A DNA stretch of 41,321 nucleotides from Malacoraja senta (taxonomy: Eukaryota): contig JAXLNO010000145.1 of NCBI GenBank assembly GCA_038087875.1, positions 1 to 41,321 on the forward strand, in the 5' to 3' direction. The notes under the pieces were generated by a model. That model did no database searches. It saw nothing but the letters and a program-made list of their open reading frames with translations, and was not told the origin of the DNA. The position numbers were made by a program, and so were the translations under genes. Below are positions 33,319 through 41,321 of this stretch, piece after piece; positions within the stretch are counted from its first letter, which is position 1, and the number at the start of each line of letters is the position of its first letter.

Positions 33319-36300
33319 TTAATGAATACGTTTATTGGCATCGTATGTACACATACAAGGAATTTGCCTCGGTGCTCCGCTCGCAAGTAACAACACAATA
33401 TACAGTAAACAATTAAGAATAAAACATCAAACATTAAAACATTAAGAATAAAACATTAGAGTTTAAACATGTGAATGAAATAAAATACCAGAGCAAAATG
33501 ATGCTACAGACTTTTGGTTATTGAGTAGAGCTACTGCTCGTGGGGAAAAAAGCTGTTTTTATGTCTGGCTGTGGCAGCTTTGACAGTCCAGTCGCCTTCC
33601 AGAGGGAAGTGCTTCAAAGAGTTTGTGGCCAGTGTGAGAGGGGTCAGAGATGATCTTACCCACTTGCTTCCTGGCCCTTGCAGTGTACAGTTCGTCAATG
33701 GGGAGGGGGAAGGTTGCAGCCAACAACCTTCTCAGCTGATCAAACGATTTGCTGCAGCTTCCAGATGTCGTGCTTGGTGGCTGAGCCAAACCAGACCATG
33801 ATGGAGAAGGTGAGGACAGACTTGACGATGGCAGTAGAGAATTGGACCATCATTGCCTGTGGCAGATTGTGTTTCCTCAGCTGCCACAGGAAGTACATCC
33901 TCTGCTTGGTCTTTTTGACTGTGGAGTCAATGGTAGCCTCCCATTTAAGATCCTTGGAGATGATGGTTCCAAGGAACTTAAAAGGCTCCACAGATGTGAC
34001 ATTGATGGTGAGTGGGGGAGGGGAGGGGGAGCTCTCCTAAAGTCTACTGTCAATTCCACCGTCTTAGGAGCATTGAGCTCCAGGTTGTTGCGATGGCACC
34101 AGGACGCCAGCTGTGTCACTTCCTGTCTGTAGGCAGATTTCTCCCCATCCTGGATCAGTCCAACCAGGGTTGTGTCGTCCGCAAACTTGAGAAGCTTGAC
34201 AGAGGAGTCAGTGGAGGTGCAGTCGTTGGTGTAGAGAGAGTAGAGGAGAGGGGAGAGTACACAGCCTTGCAGTGCTCCTATGCTGAGGGTCTGCGGGTCC
34301 GAGATGTGCTTTCCGAGCATCACATGCTGCTTCCTGTCTGTCAGGAAGTTGGTGATCCACTGACAGAGAGGTTCAGGCACAGTCAACTCTGGTGTAGTAG
34401 CTCTGGCACAATGGTATTCAATGCATAGCTAAATTCCACAAACAAAATCCTATCATAGGTCCCCTGGCGGACTAGGTGCTGGAGGATGAAGTGTAGGCCT
34501 AGGTTGACTGCATCATCCACAGATCTATTGGGTCCAGCAGGGGGTTGTGATATTTTTCAGCTGGGCCAGCGCAGGCCTTTCAAGGGCCTTCATGACTACA
34601 GAGGTCAGTGCGACAGGCCTGTAGTCATTAAGACCAGTAATCCTTGTCTTTTTGGGTACAGGAACAATAGTGGAGACTTTGAAGCAGGCAGGGACAGTGC
34701 AGGTTTGCAGGGACTGGTTGAAAATGTTTGTATAGACCGGTGCCAGTTGTTCGGCACAGAGCTTGAGGGTGGAGGGGGAAACATTGTCCGGTCCTGGAGA
34801 TTTCCGGCTTTTCTGTCTTCTGAACAGCCTCTCCACCTCCTCAATTTCTATTGTTGGTGATGGAGATGTGGCCAGACTGATGATGGGCAGCAAGGAGGGG
34901 GTGGGTAGTGGAGGAGGGCCCAGTCTTTGCAGACTGGAGTCAGGCTGTGAGTAGGTGTGAAGTGGTGGTTGGGGAGGGGGTACCAGGGTTATGTTTATGT
35001 TTATCGAACCTGCAGTAGAACTCGTTCAGGTCGATGGTCAGCTGACGATTGTCCAAGGAGCGGGTGGTTTTCCTCTTGTAGCTGGTGATTTCTTGCAAGC
35101 ACTTCCAAACTGAAGAAGAGTCATTAGCTGAGAACTTGCTCCTCAACTTCTTTCCATGGCAGCTCTGATTCCTCTTCTCAGCTTGTACTTGGCCTGCCTG
35201 TAGAGGTCTGCATCCCCGCTCCTGTAGGCCTCCTCTTTAGACTGTCAGAGTTGTTTGAGTTCTGCTGTAAACCAGGGCTTGTCGTTGTTGAACCAGATCC
35301 GGGTCCTAGTGGGAATGCAACTGTCTTCACAAAAGCTGACATATGATGCCACAGTATCTGTATATTCATCGAGGCTTGTGGTTGCTTCCCTGAACACATT
35401 CCAATCAGTGCAGCCAAAGCAGGACTGTATGTTCTCAATGCCCTCGCTTGTCCACCTTTTCATTGTTCTGACCACAGGCTTAGCAGATTTTAGTTTCTGC
35501 CTGTAGGTCGGAATAAGGTGAATTAAACAATGATCAGAGAGATCCAGAGCCGCCCGGGGAATAGAGCGATATGCGTTCTTGATTGCCGTATAACAATGAT
35601 CGAGCGTTCTCTCCCCTCTGGTGGGGCAGGTAACGTGGTGTCTGTATTTTGGAAGCTCTCGGCTGAGGTTAGCCTTGTTCAAGTCCCCCAAAACAATCAC
35701 CATGGAGTCCTGGAAGTCACTCTCTACCCTCAGTACCTGGTCAGCGAGTTGCGTTGCGCCTCACTTACGCAGGCTTAGGGGGGATGTAAACTGCAGCGAG
35801 AATAAAAGAGGTAAATTCCGTCGGAGAATAAAAGGGTTTGCAATTTATAAAGAAGGATTCTAGATTGGAAGAACAGAAGTTAGACATTACCATGATGTCG
35901 CTGCACCAGTCCTGGATAGTATAGAAGCATATTCCACCGCCTCTTGATTTTCCCGCTGCCTCTGCTTCGCGGTCCGCTCTATGTAGTTGAAAGCCAGCCA
36001 GTTGCAGCGCGCTGTCCGGGGTCGACTCACACAGCCAGGTCTCGGTGAAGCACAGGGCAGCGCCTTGAAAGAAGTCCTTGTTTGTCCAGCCCACGAGTTG
36101 CAGTTTGTCCACTTTGTTGTTGAGAGAACGTAGATTTGCAAGGAATATGCTCGGGAGTGGTGTGCGTGATCCTCATCGCCGGAGTTGCGTGAGTGCTCCA
36201 GAGCGCTTCCCACGGGTCCTCCTCCTTCTCAAGACTTCGAACACAGCCATAGCGCCGCCGACGAGTATGTCCAAATAATCCAGCGAATGAGAGAAATCCG

Positions 36301-36571
36301 GAACGATGTTTGGAGGTACCGAATGTCCGATGTTTATGAGTACCTCTCAGCGGGTGAGGCAGCATCTATGGAGCAAAGGAAATACGCAACGCTTTGGGTT
36401 GAGACCCTTCTTCAGACCCTTCTGCTGCCTCACCCACTGAATTTCTCCAGCATTTTTGTTTACCTTCTCTCGTGAAAGTGATCTTTGTAGGGTTTTCACA
36501 GATGACACAAACGAACAAACACATCCAAAACAACAAGGAGCAGTACACCGTGGCAGCCATCGACGGCGCCA
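33319..36571 (-). mobile_element. Near full-length Rex1/Babar LINE, frameshifted
   Basis: APE: LANLRSL, FTETW, GGGIC, GDLN, LDHCY, SDH. RT: DYRPVALT, QGCVLSP, FADD. 5' GATGGCTGCC. Confidence 0.93.
36346..36466. mobile_element. Deleted palindromic repeat inserted in Rex1 5' region
   Basis: TCAGCGGGTGAGGCAGCA ... TGCTGCCTCACCCACTGA arms; same family as 1780-1963. Confidence 0.75.
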
Positions 36572-36655
36572 GTATATGTAAACATGGTACACTGTAAACA
36601 ATATGATAAATGAGAGAAAAATAAGTTCAGTGTGTATATATACATACTCACAAGT

Positions 36656-36691
<36 letters not shown>

Positions 36692-36910
36692 TCACACACA
36701 TACTCAAAAAACAAACAATAATAATAATAATAATAATAATTCCTGAAACTGGACATTAGAGTTTTCAGACTCCTGTACCTTCTTCCTGATGGCAGAGGTG
36801 AAATGAGTGTGTGGCCAGGATGGTGTGGGTCTCTGATGATGCTGGCTGCCTTTTTGAGGTAGCAACTCCAATAAATCCCTTAGGTGGTGGGGAGGTCAGA
36901 GCCCGTGATG

Positions 36911-39900
36911 AGATTTAACCCACAAATTTTGAATGAAAGATCATGCCAGGAATATATTATTAAACAGATTCAAATATTTTTTGAGGTAAATGACAACCCT
37001 GACACACCTACTTCTCTTATGTGGGAAACGTTTAAAGCGTATGTTCGAGGTACATTAATTTCTGCTCAAGCATTTTATAATAAAGAGAACAGGATTAAGC
37101 AACAAACATTGGAAAGCGAAATCAAGCAACTAGATATAGAAAATGCGAGAATGCCATCTACTTTAAAACATAATAAAATTGTTGTATTGAAATATAAATT
37201 AAATAAAATGTATTCAGAACAAGTAATAAAACTTTATCAAAAAACCAAACAATTACATTTTGAATTTGGAGACAAACCACAAAAACTATTAGCACGTCAG
37301 TTACGAAAAATGGAAGGGGAAAAAATAATTCATAAAATTAGAACAGAGACAGGAGAATTATTAAAAATGCCCAAGGACATAAATGATAGATTTCTCCAAT
37401 ACTATTATAACCTTTATTCAACTAAAACAGTAGCACAACCAGAAGGAATAGCAGATTTTTTACTAAAATGTAATTTAAAAGGTTTAGATTCAAACGATAG
37501 AGAATTATTAGAAAGGGAGATTACGATAAAGGATATTAAAGAGTCTATTGGTTCTTTAAAAAATGGTAAAGCAGTAGGACCAGATGGTTTAGGCTCCGAA
37601 TTTTATAAAAAAAATTATGATTTGCTTTGCCCACGTTTACAAAGACTGTATGAATATATCTATACTCAACAGAAACTTCCAGACACTTTAAATGAATCTA
37701 TAATAACACTTATTCCTAAAGCTGATAAAGATCCGGAAGACCCGGGATCATACAGAGCAATTGCACTTTTAAATACAGATCAGAAAATATTAACTAAAAT
37801 ACTAGCGCATAGATTAAGTACAGTGATGAATAAATTAATACACCCTGACCAAACAGGCTTTATTCAGAAACGGTATTCATATTATAATCTAAGAAGATTA
37901 TTTAATATTATATATTCCAAGAGAATTATTAACGAAGATCTAGCAATAATCTCACTTGACGCTGAAAAAGCATTTGATCAGGTGGAATGGTCTTATTTAT
38001 TTTCGGTGATGGAAAATATGCAGCTAGGGGAGAAATTCTGTACATGGATAAAACTGTTATATACAAATCCCACGGCTAGAATACTTACAAACCAAAGGTT
38101 GTCATCTAAATTTAGCCTATCTAGAGGTTGTAGACAAGGATGCCCGTTATCTCCATTATTATTTGCGCTTGCTATTGAGCCACTGGCAGAAAGAGTTAGG
38201 GGGCATCCGGAAATATATGGGTATAACACAAAGGACACAGTGAATAAAATTTCTCTATACGCAGATGATGTATTAATTTACATTACAAAACCAGACATTA
38301 GTATTCCAAACTTATTAAAGCTAATAACCCAATTTGGTTCACTTTCAGGATACAGAATAAATTGGAATAAAAGTGAAATTATGCCAATAAGGGAACATAA
38401 CAAACAGATAATACAACAATTTCCATTTAAAATAGTAAATGAAAAATTTAAATATCTAGGTATTTATATAACTAAGAGATATACATCATTATTTAAAGCA
38501 AATTTTCCCCCATTACTGAACAAACTACATAAGAATATTCAATACTGGAAAACACTTCCTATCTCAATGGTTGGCAAAATTAATGCTATAAAAATGATTT
38601 TTTTACCGCAAATATTATACCTTTTTCAGACAATTCCGATATATCTGACAAAAAACTTTTTTAAAAAACTGGACTCTATTGTTAATGATTTTATCTGGGA
38701 TTATAAGAATCATAGGATAAACAAAAGACACTTGAGTAAATCAAAAATAAATGGAGGCTTGGTTTTACCCAACTTTTTGTTTTATTTCTGGGCTGTTAAT
38801 ATTAAAAATATGAATTTCTGGTTGGAAGAAATAGATCATCAACCAGACTGGTTAAAAATGGAAAAGGAAGATTGTTTACCTTTTGATATCGGTTCGATAT
38901 TATTTGCTACGTCTAAATTAAACAAAAAAATTTATAGGGAAAACCCTATAATATTTAGTGCTATACGAATTGGAAACAATTAAAAAAGACATTAAAATTA
39001 GATAATTTATCACTTTTTCTTCCAATTGTGAATAACCCTTTGTTTAAGCCTTCATGGTTGGACGGGGGTTTTACACAATGGAAGAATTATGGAATTAAAA
39101 ATATGGGACAACTTTATAAGGAAGGCACCTTTCTGACATTTCAGGAGTTGCAACAGACTTATGGACTTCGAGGAAATGATTATTTCAGATATCTTCAACT
39201 TAGAGATTATGTAAAATCGAACTCTCAAAATTTTCGATTTAGAAATTCAGAAATTCTTGATGAATGTTGGAACAAACATCCTAATACAGAAAAATTAATA
39301 TCTTATATATATAATATCTTATTAGACAGTGACATTCCTTCGACGGAATTACACAGACAAACATGGGAAAAAGAATTAAATCAAGTAATAACGAAAGATA
39401 CTTGGGAAGAAAGTTTGCAACACATACATCAGTGCTCACTAAACGCCAGACATTCTCTAATACAATTTAAAGTAATACATAGGTTACATTATTCAAAAAC
39501 AAAACTACATAAAATTTTTCAACATATCTCACCTATATGTGATAAATGTCAACATTTAGAAGCTACATTATCTCATATGTTGGCAAACTGTATAAAAATT
39601 AAAAAATTCTGGGTAAATATTTTCAGTATAATATCTAAAGTAACCGGCACACAATTGGACCCAGATCCAAAATTAATAATACTCGGAATATTAGAATTAA
39701 ATCAAACATTTAGAACAACACAAAGAAACTTTATTGATTATAGTTTAATAACAGGAAAAAAATTAATTCTAAAATTTTGGAAAGGCCCTACGGCCCCCAC
39801 AATCAAAATGTGGATTATAGAAATGACGGAGACCTTAAACGTGGAAAGAATCAGATTTTCCCTGTTGGACAAACAGGAATTATTCGTAGGAACATGGTCT

Positions 39901-39954
39901 CCTTTTATTGATTACTTAAAGGGTCAGAATAGTTCAGCACAGGAACCTGACTAG
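36911..39954 (+). pseudogene. L1 ORF2 (RT + C-terminal zinc knuckle), single frameshift ~38970
   Basis: WETFKAYVRG, GPDG, DAEKAFD, RQGCPLSP, YADD, CDKC..HM..C. Confidence 0.95.
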
Positions 39955-40327
39955 CACTCGGGCTAAAGAATGGATGAAATGCTATACTCTGAAATGTACG
40001 AATATATCTCGAATGAAGTTTTTTATTTCAATAAATTTTTCCATTCTTCTTTAACTATTTTCTCTTTTTTTTATTTTTTTTTCTCTTTGTTTTTTTTTTA
40101 TTTTTTTTTATTTTTTTTTATTCTTCTTCTCTTTCTTTTCTTTCTTTACTTCATCTATCTCTTTAGTTCTATCTAGTTTTTTTTTTAAAAGGCAAAAGGT
40201 ATTGGAGACAATGTAATAATAATTGACAATATTATCAATTTAAAAATGTTAGACTGCAATGATGTAAATAAATTGTGTACTTATCTCCAATAATAAAAAA
40301 ATATTAAAAAATAAAAATTTTAAAAAA
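36911..40327 (+). mobile_element. L1-clade LINE, 5'-truncated just after EN
   Basis: TSD GCCCGTGATG (36901-36910 / 40330-40339), A-rich tail and T-rich 3' UTR. Confidence 0.95.
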
Positions 40328-40758
40328 GGGCCCGTGATGGACTGGGCAGTGTTAACAACTTTTTGCAGTCTTTTCCGCACCCGAGCGTTCAAGTTGCCGA
40401 ACCAGACAACGATGCAACCAGTCAATGTGTTCTCTACACCTGTAGAACTTCAAGAGAATCCTCTCTGACATGCCAAAAACTTCTTCTCAGGAAGGTGAGG
40501 TGTTGATGTGCTTTATTTAGTGTGCTGGGTCCAGGCAAGATCTTCGGAAATATGCACGCCCAGGAATTTGAAGTTTTTGACTCTTTGACACCATTGACAT
40601 AAACAGGGTTGTATGTCATGCATAGTTCATGATTTATCTCATCAACAAAAGATACATTCAAACATTGTGTAGCCATGAGCATTGATGCCAGCCAGCCTGT
40701 GTGTGCCAGTAAAACTTGGCCCAATCACCATATTCAACCAAACGACAATTATATTAAA

Positions 40759-41321
40759 CTAGACTAGATTAAGTGAGTCCCTGTCACACGGGAGGCCTGG
40801 TCCCCCAACGCAACCCGTTCCCCAATGCAATATTCCATCACTCACCCATAGCCCCCAACTGTGTAGGCACGGCTCATTTCCCCTCATCCCTAGCACTCTC
40901 TCCCCCTCCTCTTCACCCTCCCTCTTCTTTCCCCTCTCCTCCTCCCCTGCCCCAATCCTTCCCTCACCTCTCCCTCCCTCTCCTTTCCCCTACCCTCAGA
41001 CACTCCCTCCCTCCCTCCATCCATAAAAAGCAGCATCTGCAGTTCCTTCCTCCACAGGTCATTCATTGTTAGCTGTGGTTTAGATCCCATTGAATTGACA
41101 ATTGGACCAGTTTGCATCGTGTGTGTGCGTGTGTGTGAGTTACTCAAACTGCTTGGCCACCCTGCAACCCGACTCTCCCTTCCTCCCTCTGCCCACTCCA
41201 GCTCAGCTGCCGCTCGGCCCATCCTCATCCTGTCCCCGTCCTATCCGACCACCCGCTGCTGCCACTTGGCCCGTCCCAGAAGATCGACGCAGGACCTCAT
41301 GGCAGCTGACTTTTATAGGTC
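40759..41321 (-). mobile_element. 3' end of a Helitron-like repeat (runs off window end)
   Basis: A|CTAG(ACTAG)ATTAAGTG resembles the reverse complement of the 3020-3031 end (CTAGGCCAAGTG). C/T-rich interior; hairpin not intact. Confidence 0.4.

Larger units (their letters stand above)
33245..40618 (-). mobile_element. Old Rex1-type LINE 3' part in three pieces (33245-33318, 36572-36910, 40330-40618)
   Basis: The pieces rejoin across the inserts (CAGAAT..ATGTAAAC; GCCCGTGATG TSD). Decayed FKFLG, KAHQHL.FLRR and LPSGRRY motifs. Confidence 0.75.

Overview
Eukaryotic, repeat-saturated vertebrate DNA. The CR1, Rex1, L1 and Helitron mix suggests a cartilaginous fish such as a skate or ray (inference). 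Almost all of the window is nested transposable elements. 1) A cluster of non-autonomous Helitron-like elements (1-3982), with another end at 40760. 2) A probable terminal host exon encoding a TPR repeat (minus strand, 4243-4391). 3) A near-intact 5'-truncated CR1 LINE (8283-11716). 4) A four-deep nest: a Rex1 LINE split by a CGGBP/hAT19-type DNA transposon (12088-25390, 11-bp TIR, 9-bp TSD), which holds a 5'-inverted Vingi LINE and an L1 fragment, and that L1 fragment is split by a young 8.3-kb LTR provirus (16117-24445). 5) A deleted epsilon/ERV1-type provirus (26304-32545). 6) An old Rex1 split by a full-length Rex1 and a near-intact L1. The stand-out is the 16117-24445 provirus. It has a retrovirus-type pol with tether plus RNase H, a nearly deleted gag, and a splice-acceptor-led env made of signal peptide, Ig-like domain, furin site and F-like fusion region. 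This fits a lokiretrovirus-like element with an apparent immunoglobulin domain in its envelope. All calls were made by eye; no database searches were run.
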